Part shown: one piece after another, positions 18,796 to 28,416 of the stretch | Layout: each line of letters starts with the position of its first letter | Numbering within the stretch: position 1 is the first letter of the stretch | Assembly: GCA_913775595.1 (NCBI GenBank) | Contig: CAJYLB010000001.1 | Span: 806,001 to 870,000, forward strand | Direction: 5' to 3' | From: an uncultured Aquiluna sp. | GTDB lineage: Bacteria; Actinomycetota; Actinomycetes; Actinomycetales; Microbacteriaceae | DNA length: 64,000 nucleotides | Program-made: the position numbers and the translations under genes | The notes under the pieces: generated by a model | What the model was told of the DNA's origin: nothing | The model's database searches: none | What the model saw: the letters and a program-made list of their open reading frames with translations, nothing else

Positions 18796-20424
18796 ATGTC
18801 TCCAGGCCCCCTAATTGTCCAGTCCGATAGGACCGTGCTGCTTGAGACGGACCATCCAAATGCCGCTGATGCCAGGCACGAGCTTGCGATATTTGCTGAG
18901 CTGGAACGGGCACCTGAGCACATTCACACCTACAGAATCACCAGGCTCGGCCTATGGAACGCCAGAGCCGCTGGCCACGATGCAGACTTCATAATCGATT
19001 CACTAACTCGCTGGTCAAAGTTTGAGCTTCCCCAGGGAGTAGTGAACGAGATCCGTTCGACCATTGAGCGCTTTGGCAAGCTTGTGATCACTCGCGATGA
19101 CGAGGGTCTGTTACTGGTAACTGATTCGCAGGCAGTGATGGCTGAGGTGAGCAGCAATAGAAAGGTCTCGGAGCTATTGACCGAGCGAGTGGAATCTGGC
19201 TTTCGGATTCAACCCTGGGCTAGGGGTCAGCTCAAGCAGCAGCTTCTAAAGCTTGGTTGGCCGGCCGAGGACACCGCCGGCTTCACCCCAGGCACGCCCT
19301 ATGAAATCAGTCTTGCTGAATCAGATTGGGAGCTTAGGGATTATCAAAAACAGGCGGTTGAGAAGTTCCAAGCTGGAGGCTCTGGCGTGGTGGTTCTGCC
19401 CTGTGGGGCGGGGAAGACTCTAGTTGGTGCTGCAACCATGGCCGAGCTCAAGAGAAACACTCTGATTCTTGTAACCAACACTGTCGCAGCAAGGCAGTGG
19501 CGTGACGAGCTACTCGCCAGAACCACCCTCACTGAGCAGGACATTGCTGAATACTCGGGGTCCTCTAAAGAGCTCGCACCGGTAACGATTGCTACCTACC
19601 AAATTCTCACCACGAAGCGAAAAGGGGAGTTTGCCCACCTCGTGCTCTTGGATGCCCGTGACTGGGGCCTCATTATCTATGACGAGGTGCACCTGCTCCC
19701 CGCACCTATTTTCAAGATGACCGCTGATCTTCAGGCAAGACGAAGGCTTGGTCTCACTGCCACTCTGGTTCGAGAGGATGGTAGGGAATCTGATGTCTTC
19801 TCACTCATTGGTCCGAAGCGCTTCGACGCTCCCTGGAAAGAAATTGAGGCCCAGGGTTACATAGCTCCGGCCGAGTGCTTTGAGGTTAGGGTCGAGCTGC
19901 CGGACGAGGAGCGAATGGAATATGCGATAGCCGACGGAGACAACCGCTTCCGAATTGCGGCAACCGCAAAGGCCAAGATTCCTCTCATGAAAAAAATCTT
20001 GGAAAAACACGCTGGAGAGCCAACGCTAATCATTGGTCAGTATCTCGACCAGATAGATGAGGTTGCAGAGCTGCTTTCCATCCCCAAGCTAACTGGTCAA
20101 ACACCGGTCGACGAGCGTGAGCAGCTCTACAAAGACTTCCGGACGGGAAAGCTCAGTGCGCTGATTGTGAGCAAGGTTGCCAACTTTTCCGTAGACCTGC
20201 CAGAGGCTTCAGTTGCTATACAAATCTCAGGAGCATTTGGCTCAAGGCAAGAGGAGGCGCAGCGGCTGGGGAGGCTCCTCAGGCCAAAGCAAGATGGCAG
20301 AACTGCACAGTTCTACACATTGATTTCCAGGGACACCCTGGAGCAGGACTTTGCGCAAAACCGCCAGCGTTTTCTCGCGGAGCAGGGCTACTCCTATGAG
20401 ATTCTGGACAGCAGCTCGATTTAG
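18796..20424 (+). CDS. DNA repair helicase XPB
   Basis: GVVVLPCGAGKT, DEVH, GLTAT, QRLGRLLRPK. Confidence 0.95.
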   Translation: MSPGPLIVQSDRTVLLETDHPNAADARHELAIFAELERAPEHIHTYRITRLGLWNARAAGHDADFIIDSLTRWSKFELPQGVVNEIRSTIERFGKLVITRDDEGLLLVTDSQAVMAEVSSNRKVSELLTERVESGFRIQPWARGQLKQQLLKLGWPAEDTAGFTPGTPYEISLAESDWELRDYQKQAVEKFQAGGSGVVVLPCGAGKTLVGAATMAELKRNTLILVTNTVAARQWRDELLARTTLTEQDIAEYSGSSKELAPVTIATYQILTTKRKGEFAHLVLLDARDWGLIIYDEVHLLPAPIFKMTADLQARRRLGLTATLVREDGRESDVFSLIGPKRFDAPWKEIEAQGYIAPAECFEVRVELPDEERMEYAIADGDNRFRIAATAKAKIPLMKKILEKHAGEPTLIIGQYLDQIDEVAELLSIPKLTGQTPVDEREQLYKDFRTGKLSALIVSKVANFSVDLPEASVAIQISGAFGSRQEEAQRLGRLLRPKQDGRTAQFYTLISRDTLEQDFAQNRQRFLAEQGYSYEILDSSSI

Positions 20425-20434
20425 TCCAGACAAC

Positions 20435-20473
20435 TCTCAGAAAACTTCCAGCTAACAGGATAAGAATTCTCAG
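20435..20473 (+). promoter_or_regulatory. 11-bp-phased TCTCAG/TTCCAG repeats (OmpR-family binding-site-like)
   Basis: TCTCAG 20435, TTCCAG 20446, TCTCAG 20468 just upstream of the response regulator. Confidence 0.45.
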
Positions 20474-20474
20474 T

Positions 20475-21167
20475 ATGGAAAATCTCAGGGTATTAGTAGT
20501 AGATGACGAGCCAAACATTAGAGACCTGCTCTCGGCCAGTTTGAGATTTGCAGGGCACCAGGTTGCGACGAGCCCAAACGGTACCGACGCAATCACCAAG
20601 ATCGTTGACACCCAACCGGACATTGTTCTGCTGGACGTGATGCTTCCTGACATCTCTGGCTTCGGTGTCACCAAGAAGATTCGAGGCATGGGGATTGACG
20701 TGCCAATACTGTTCTTGACCGCGAGAGACGACACCGAGGACAAGATTGCCGGGCTCACGGTCGGCGGTGACGACTATGTAACCAAACCATTCAGCCTCGA
20801 CGAGATAATGGCTCGGATTAGCGCAATCATGCGCAGAACGGGGAAGGACGGCTCAAGCCCATCTCACATCCAGGTCGGCGAGCTTGAGATAAACGAGGAC
20901 GCGCACGAGGTAACCGTGAACGGGACGCCAGTGGAGCTCTCCCCCACGGAGTATCAGCTGCTGCGCTACCTAGCTACCAACCCAAATCGCGTTCTAACTA
21001 AGGCTCAGATTCTTGACCATGTTTGGGAGTATGACTTCAATGGAGAGATGGGCATCGTCGAAAGCTACGTCTCTTACCTTCGAAAGAAGCTCGATCCCAT
21101 TTCAACCGAGCCGCTCATCATCACCAAGCGTGGCGTTGGCTACATGATTCGAAGCCCCAAGGCGTAG
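20475..21167 (+). CDS. OmpR-family response regulator (PhoP/TcrX-like)
   Basis: VVDDE, LLDVMLPD, GGDDYVTKPFSL, winged helix. Confidence 0.93.
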   Translation: MENLRVLVVDDEPNIRDLLSASLRFAGHQVATSPNGTDAITKIVDTQPDIVLLDVMLPDISGFGVTKKIRGMGIDVPILFLTARDDTEDKIAGLTVGGDDYVTKPFSLDEIMARISAIMRRTGKDGSSPSHIQVGELEINEDAHEVTVNGTPVELSPTEYQLLRYLATNPNRVLTKAQILDHVWEYDFNGEMGIVESYVSYLRKKLDPISTEPLIITKRGVGYMIRSPKA

Positions 21168-21171
21168 GCAT

Positions 21172-22608
21172 TTGAAGAATCGACTCTTAGCAGCCTGGGA
21201 GCGCATCTCCCTCAGGGCCAAGCTCACCACCCTGAGTGTTGGGCTCATCGGCCTGCTGCTAAGCGTCTCTTCCGCCGGAACTGTGGCGCTACTTAGCACC
21301 TATCTCCAGCAGAACACCGACAACCTGCTCATTGCCACCGCCAACCAGCTTCGCGAGGAAAACCCGCTTCGTATCGAAATCCGGGTTGCAACCGGCGATC
21401 TCACGCTTCCGGCGCTGCCGAGCGATTACTACATCGCCATCCTGGACGCCGATGGCCAACAGTTCTTGGGGCTGGTGTCTTCTACGGGTGGTAACCGCAC
21501 GGTGCCAAATCTCACGAGCCTCGACATTGAGGCCGTACTTGAAACCGGAGGAGTCCCCTTCGATGCCGAGGTGGAGGATCCCAACGGTCGCGACCGCGAC
21601 TGGCGAATGATTGCACAGCCGCTACTTCGAGCAAACGGCTCTGTCGTCGTAGCGCTACCAACTAACACCAACCGTCAGATCATCGCGGAGTATGGAGTGA
21701 TTGGCGGCAGGTTTGGAATCTTCCTGCTGGTCCTGTCTGGACTCAGTATTTGGCTGACAATCACCGGAGCACTTCGTCCACTAAAGGAAGTGGAGAGGAC
21801 CGCTGAGTCAGTGCAGAGCGGTAAGTTCTCCTCGCGTCTTGTGCAGCGCCATGGGAAGACCGAGATTGGCAGGCTCAATAAAGCTCTCAACCTGATGCTC
21901 GACTCGATTGAGGGAGCAGTGAAGGGTAAAGACAAAACACTTGAGCAGATGCGCAGGTTTGTCTCCGATGCCAGCCACGAGCTCAGGACCCCTCTCGTCA
22001 CCGTTCGCGGCTATGCCGAGCTTTATCGCATGGGAGCCATCAAAAACAAAAAAGACCTCGCTGAGGCCATGAGCCGCATAGAGAGCGAAGCTGTCCGAAT
22101 GTCCGGTCTTGTCGAGTCGCTGCTAACGCTGACTCGCATGGACGAACTGGAAAATCTCAAGCGCAAAGATTGCGACCTTATCGAGATTGCCAGACAAAGC
22201 ATCAAAGATGTCTCTGTTACCAACCAGAAAGTCAGCTTCCGCCTGGCAACCACTGAAGATGAGCTAATCCACTCCCTGGATGAAGACCGCATCAAGCAGG
22301 TGCTGACAAATCTCCTTGCCAACGCCTCCCGCTTTGCCCCGGATTCCACAGAGGTCACTCTAGAAATTTCCAAGGGTGACGCCATAACCGTCAAGGTCAT
22401 TGACAGGGGTGAAGGCATCGATGATTCCCTCAAAGAGAAGGTATTCGACCGCTTTTACCGTGCTGACAACTCTCGCAACCGGGAGACCGGAGGCTCGGGT
22501 CTTGGGCTTGCGATTGCTAAGTCAATTGTCGAAGCTCACGATGGCAAGATCTGGGTTGAAGACACCCCGGGTGGTGGCGCAACATTCGTCGTTGAGCTAG
22601 GTAGCTAG
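21172..22608 (+). CDS. HAMP sensor histidine kinase
   Basis: two TMs, FVSDASHELRTPL, GGSGLGLAI. Confidence 0.93.
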   Translation: MKNRLLAAWERISLRAKLTTLSVGLIGLLLSVSSAGTVALLSTYLQQNTDNLLIATANQLREENPLRIEIRVATGDLTLPALPSDYYIAILDADGQQFLGLVSSTGGNRTVPNLTSLDIEAVLETGGVPFDAEVEDPNGRDRDWRMIAQPLLRANGSVVVALPTNTNRQIIAEYGVIGGRFGIFLLVLSGLSIWLTITGALRPLKEVERTAESVQSGKFSSRLVQRHGKTEIGRLNKALNLMLDSIEGAVKGKDKTLEQMRRFVSDASHELRTPLVTVRGYAELYRMGAIKNKKDLAEAMSRIESEAVRMSGLVESLLTLTRMDELENLKRKDCDLIEIARQSIKDVSVTNQKVSFRLATTEDELIHSLDEDRIKQVLTNLLANASRFAPDSTEVTLEISKGDAITVKVIDRGEGIDDSLKEKVFDRFYRADNSRNRETGGSGLGLAIAKSIVEAHDGKIWVEDTPGGGATFVVELGS

Positions 22609-22623
22609 GCCAGAAATAAGAAA

Positions 22624-22656
22624 CGGGGTGGCAATTGCCACCCCGCATCTTTTTTT
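22624..22656. terminator. probable bidirectional terminator between kinase and groEL
   Basis: perfect palindrome CGGGGTGGCAATTGCCACCCCG with T-rich flanks on both strands. Confidence 0.75.
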
Positions 22657-22662
22657 GAACTT

Positions 22663-24341
<1,679 letters not shown>

Positions 24342-24349
24342 CTAAAGTT

Positions 24350-24376
24350 TTAGCACTCTCGGGCTCAGAGTGCAAG
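24350..24376. promoter_or_regulatory. CIRCE element 2
   Basis: TTAGCACTC-N9-GAGTGCAAG. Confidence 0.88.
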
Positions 24377-24418
24377 CGGAAGAAAGGCGTGTTTTTGTGC
24401 GCCTATAGCCAAAGGGGC

Positions 24419-24619
24419 TTAGATGACTGTTACGTTCTCAGCCTGGAGGCCCTTGTCACCGGTCTTCACCTCAAACTCAACGCGCTGTTCCTCTTTGAGT
24501 TCGCGGTATCCGTCGGTCTGAATAGCTGAGAAGTGGACGAAGACGTCTGGTCCGTCGTCCTGAGTGATGAAACCAAAACCCTTCTCAGAGTTGAACCACT
24601 TAACGGTTCCTTGTGCCAT
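24419..24619 (-). CDS. cspA: cold-shock protein
   Basis: [24 protein letters not shown]. Confidence 0.95.
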   Translation of the reverse strand: MAQGTVKWFNSEKGFGFITQDDGPDVFVHFSAIQTDGYRELKEEQRVEFEVKTGDKGLQAENVTVI

Positions 24620-24768
24620 TGTTGCTCCTGATGCTCATTCCACAGATGTAAGTCACCCGTGCATCGGGCTCAACCTTGGTTAAGTCTCGACACGCACAGC
24701 CTAACTGGGAAGTGCTTCGCAATGAAAGTAGTTATTCGAAGGTTATAGATTGCATGGAGAGCGGAAAG

Positions 24769-25170
24769 ATGAAGTACGAAGTATTCAAAACCGACGAGCA
24801 GTGGCGCCAGGAACTGAGTGACTTCGAATATCACGTGCTCCGAATGGCCGGCACGGAGCGCGCCTTTACCGGTGAGCTGCTCGAAGAAAAGCGCACCGGT
24901 AGCTACCACTGCCGCGGCTGCGATGCATTTTTATTTGAATCCGACACCAAGTTTGATTCGCACTGCGGCTGGCCAAGTTTTTATAAGCCGCAGGGAAATG
25001 AGGCTATCGAGTACATTGAGGACCGCTCACACGGCATGGTTCGCACAGAGGTGCGCTGCTCTAAGTGTGGCTCCCACCTAGGACACGTTTTCGATGATGC
25101 CCCACAGACCCCCACCGGAGATCGCTACTGCATCAACTCCGTGAGCATCACCTTCAAGCCGGCCAGCTAG
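24769..25170 (+). CDS. msrB: peptide-methionine (R)-S-oxide reductase
   Basis: GTERAFTG, two CxxC, GWPSF, RYCINS. Confidence 0.95.
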   Translation: MKYEVFKTDEQWRQELSDFEYHVLRMAGTERAFTGELLEEKRTGSYHCRGCDAFLFESDTKFDSHCGWPSFYKPQGNEAIEYIEDRSHGMVRTEVRCSKCGSHLGHVFDDAPQTPTGDRYCINSVSITFKPAS

Positions 25171-26357
25171 CGCCCGAGTCCTTTTCTCCAAGCCGTGAAG
25201 CTCCTTACAGTTCCAGCCTGCGGAATGGCAAGCCATGGATAGGGATGGACTTGTGCGAGCTTGCGGAACTTCCTAAAGGAAGGCACCGGTGCATAGGTAA
25301 CCGCAACCTCATGTGCCTCGGTGAACTCAACCGGGTCGCCGATGTACACCTTCAAGTCTCGTCGCCGGCTCAGATCCGCAAGTGTCTCTAGGTAGAAACC
25401 GATTCGACGAGAGCTCAGCTGGAGTTTTTTGAGCGCAGGCTCATTGAAGACGAATGCAACTGGCAGGTCAGGGTTTGCTGTCATGGCGGGGTCCGCGTCT
25501 CCAAGGGAGTCAATAGTCAAAAGCACCACCTCTGGCTTCCGAAGCTCGACGGGGGTAAGCGGGCCGGCAGTTCGCCTTGGATCTGGATCACGATTCAAAA
25601 GCGGATTGGCTTCTAGCTGCCTGGGAAAGGTCTCCTCAGGAAACTCTTGAATTGGACATGCGGTTCTGAGCTGGCATCCAGAGCAAAGACCAGGTGCTCG
25701 CTTTTCGACCTGCCATCGGGCAAAGCCGTATGGCTTTCCCGTTCCAGCCCCAACGGTCCACTGCCAACCGAGAAGATTTGCGGCTCTTGAGCCGTCAATT
25801 AGTTCACGGTGCATGCGCTCCTGGCCACTGAGCCAGCCCTGTCCGTTTCTCACGGTCCAGTGCGAAGCCAGCCACATTCTCGTTTGGTTTACCAGCCAGC
25901 CATCTGTTTCAAGCTCACTCACAACATGATCGACACATGCCATGTCGCGGTTCCAGCCATCCCCCTCAGACTTCCACTCCGCCTCGAAGCGGAGATTTTG
26001 AAAGAGCTCGGTCCCTACCCGGGCGTATAGGTGGCGAGCGTATTCCTGCCAGTAGAGCTCGTCCCTGAACTTCTCGCGGTCCTTATAAGGGGCCTTAGAA
26101 ACACGGTCATAGGCCTCAGCCAGAGTTATCAGGTTGTGGCGGATGTATGGCGAGAGGACAGTTGCACCCCTTGCAGCCCTGGGAAGAACTTCTGACCTAT
26201 TCGCTGCGTAGCCGGAAATATCGAGACTCTGTAGAGCCTCATTTGCAGCGGTTTGACCACCGCGAATACTGCTTAGACCAAGCTCTCCTGAGTACAGTCC
26301 AGAGAATTCGGACTTGATTGTTTGCTGAATGTCTTCCGAGATCGCAATTTCGCGCAT
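25167..26357 (-). CDS. photolyase/cryptochrome-family protein, FAD-binding domain first
   Basis: LSPYIRH, GWLVNQTRMWLAS, ELIDGSRAANLLGWQWTVG. Confidence 0.85.
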   Translation of the reverse strand: MREIAISEDIQQTIKSEFSGLYSGELGLSSIRGGQTAANEALQSLDISGYAANRSEVLPRAARGATVLSPYIRHNLITLAEAYDRVSKAPYKDREKFRDELYWQEYARHLYARVGTELFQNLRFEAEWKSEGDGWNRDMACVDHVVSELETDGWLVNQTRMWLASHWTVRNGQGWLSGQERMHRELIDGSRAANLLGWQWTVGAGTGKPYGFARWQVEKRAPGLCSGCQLRTACPIQEFPEETFPRQLEANPLLNRDPDPRRTAGPLTPVELRKPEVVLLTIDSLGDADPAMTANPDLPVAFVFNEPALKKLQLSSRRIGFYLETLADLSRRRDLKVYIGDPVEFTEAHEVAVTYAPVPSFRKFRKLAQVHPYPWLAIPQAGTVRSFTAWRKGLGR

Positions 26358-26366
26358 TGCTTGCTC

Positions 26367-26444
26367 AACCAAAGTCAGCGGTGAGGTGTTCCTAGAGAGC
26401 CGACTACGGGACTCGAACCCGTAACCCCCGCTTTACAAGAGCGG
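26367..26444. repeat. att direct repeat copy 1 (3' part of tRNA-Thr plus 31 nt downstream)
   Basis: 78 bp identical to 34389-34466. Confidence 0.95.
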
Positions 26445-26476
26445 GCCTTCATGCCCCAAGTCGCCTGACCCCTACC

Positions 26477-26596
26477 ACTGCAATCTTGGTATATCCCAGT
26501 ATTTACGGGGGTTTCTGCGAGCGCCGCAGCTAAGTCTCGTTGTTTAGTTTTGCTCAAGATTAATCGCCGCTAGGGACAATTTGCTACCTATTTGCT
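26477..26596. repeat. island arm region copy A
   Basis: gapless alignment to 30321-30440, ends ATTTGCTACCTATTTGCT. Confidence 0.85.
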
Positions 26597-26654
26597 ACCA
26601 GGTAGGTGGACCTAATCGTCAATTTGAATTAGGTTCCTAGTTGAAGGGGGGGTC

Positions 26655-28124
26655 GTGAGACGATTAATCGGATTTCTGGCATCACTAGTTTTGGTAGTTA
26701 CGTTCGCAACGCCTGCCCAGTCCGCTGGGGCAAAGTACACCGTCTACCAGAAAACCCTCGCCAGCTTCTCTTCAACCGCAACCGCCCTCACATCCCAGCA
26801 AAAGGCTCAGGTCAAGGCTGCAGTTGATGCAAACCCAACTGCTGAAAAATTCATCTGCACGGGTATCAGGTATTTCTCACAACCAATGAGCGTGAACATC
26901 AAGGTTAGAAAGCGTGCGAAGGCAGCTTGTGAGTATGCAAAGCAGCTAAACCCTGAGCTTTCTACCTGGTATCAAAACAAGCCGACTCAGGCTAGAAGTT
27001 ATGCGGGCAAGGTGTTATTGACTATAAAGAGCCCTTTGGATTTTCAGGAGCCTGAAGTGGATCCAATCGAAATACCCCCTCTGGTTTGGACCCAGGGTGC
27101 AGAGTATGGGTGGTCAAACCTAGTTGCGGGAGATATGGCATGGTTTACGATCGCACCTTTGCCTGCTGGATGGGAAATTGTTAGCACAGAATTCTTGGCC
27201 TGCGACACGCAGTCAATAGACGATACTTGTCTTTCACTCACATCGAATTTCTACGATGGGGCACTTCTGCCGATGGGCCTCATTGGTATGAAGCCTGTAG
27301 CCAGATTGAAGTTGAGATATGCGGGTCTGGAATATTCAGATAGATATTGGACCCACACGGGTATCAAGATACAAAACGCACCATTATGGGGTCGACTTCC
27401 GAAGCTTGTGGGAAGCAGGATTGTTGGCCAGCAAGTATCAATGGACGTTGATTTCTCGCCCCAAGATTACGAAGTATCCAAGGAATCGTCGATTTGGGCC
27501 TGTTTTGCAGGTTCAGCTGAGGCCGCTATTTCCGAATTTGCTACGCTCTTGACCTCTGGTCAGTGCGAATGGTTGGGAAACTTAGTGAGCCAGCCCGTAA
27601 CTATTGTTGAGTCTGCGGTGGGGAAGTATTTGGTTGGGAATGTGAGGCTCAAGAGCAACTTCACGGGCCTCGAATACGATCAAACTACTTGGATGGCGTG
27701 GTCAGTAATTCCATCCCAAATTAGTAGCCCCGAACCTCCGCCCAGCGCTGGGCCAACGCCAACACCTGCGCCCTCGCCTACGCCTACGCCTACGCCTACG
27801 CCTACGCCCGAGCCTGTGCTGCGATATCAAACCGTACAATTTGCATCAGGCTCAGGGTCTTGCAACAGCGTCGGGGACAACTCGGAGTTCGTCTCGGGCG
27901 CTGCAGTAATCCCCGCCCCAGACTGGCGAGGTTTAGCAACTTGGGTTTATTCGTCAGATTTTCGGCAAAGCGGTAATGGAGGTTACTCGGTGAACGGATC
28001 TAAGCAGTTCTGGGCACGAGAGACCTTCTTCTCATCGTGGAGAAATGTGACTTATGACTGGTATTTTGTCAATTCATTGGCTTGGAAAGCGTCTGTTGAA
28101 ATCACTTGTCGATGGTACGAGTAG
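26655..28124 (+). CDS. secreted surface protein (signal peptide, KFICTG domain, Ig-like segments, PT linker)
   Basis: MRRLIGFLASLVLVVTFATPAQSA signal; Pro/Thr linker; G-rich RBS. Confidence 0.8.
   Translation: MRRLIGFLASLVLVVTFATPAQSAGAKYTVYQKTLASFSSTATALTSQQKAQVKAAVDANPTAEKFICTGIRYFSQPMSVNIKVRKRAKAACEYAKQLNPELSTWYQNKPTQARSYAGKVLLTIKSPLDFQEPEVDPIEIPPLVWTQGAEYGWSNLVAGDMAWFTIAPLPAGWEIVSTEFLACDTQSIDDTCLSLTSNFYDGALLPMGLIGMKPVARLKLRYAGLEYSDRYWTHTGIKIQNAPLWGRLPKLVGSRIVGQQVSMDVDFSPQDYEVSKESSIWACFAGSAEAAISEFATLLTSGQCEWLGNLVSQPVTIVESAVGKYLVGNVRLKSNFTGLEYDQTTWMAWSVIPSQISSPEPPPSAGPTPTPAPSPTPTPTPTPTPEPVLRYQTVQFASGSGSCNSVGDNSEFVSGAAVIPAPDWRGLATWVYSSDFRQSGNGGYSVNGSKQFWARETFFSSWRNVTYDWYFVNSLAWKASVEITCRWYE
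27777..27806 (+). repeat. (CCTACG)5 tandem repeat encoding PT linker
   Basis: five exact hexamer copies. Confidence 0.9.
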
Positions 28125-28416
28125 AACCGTTAATTGACTAAGCGAACTTCATTATCGTCTGCCATGCAGAGGTGCGAGTGGGTCAGTTGTCTTTCAAGGG
28201 TGGCTTGAAACCTCAATTCGCCAATTGCTGCAAAATCTTTTGGCGCCTGTATTAGCCAGGACATGTGTGGGCGCCGAAGCTAAGCCCAACTTCGCGATTG
28301 AGATTGGTTGATGGCTGATCGCCTCGAGTGACAATCTCTCCCTAATGTCTAGTAAGCGTGGTTTGCCTGGCTCGTCGGAAAGGTCTAGTCTGATGAAGAG
28401 GTCCTGGGGGTGCAAG

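Noticed and set aside
26398..26444. Second tRNA-Thr gene
   Set aside because: Only the 3' 47 nt are present; no D-arm or 5' acceptor strand. It is the att duplicate.
28125..28416. Third arm copy or small gene between the first two cargo genes
   Set aside because: No alignment to the 120-bp unit seen; the 73-aa minus ORF is unconvincing; only a short TTTCAAG/CTTGAAA hairpin.
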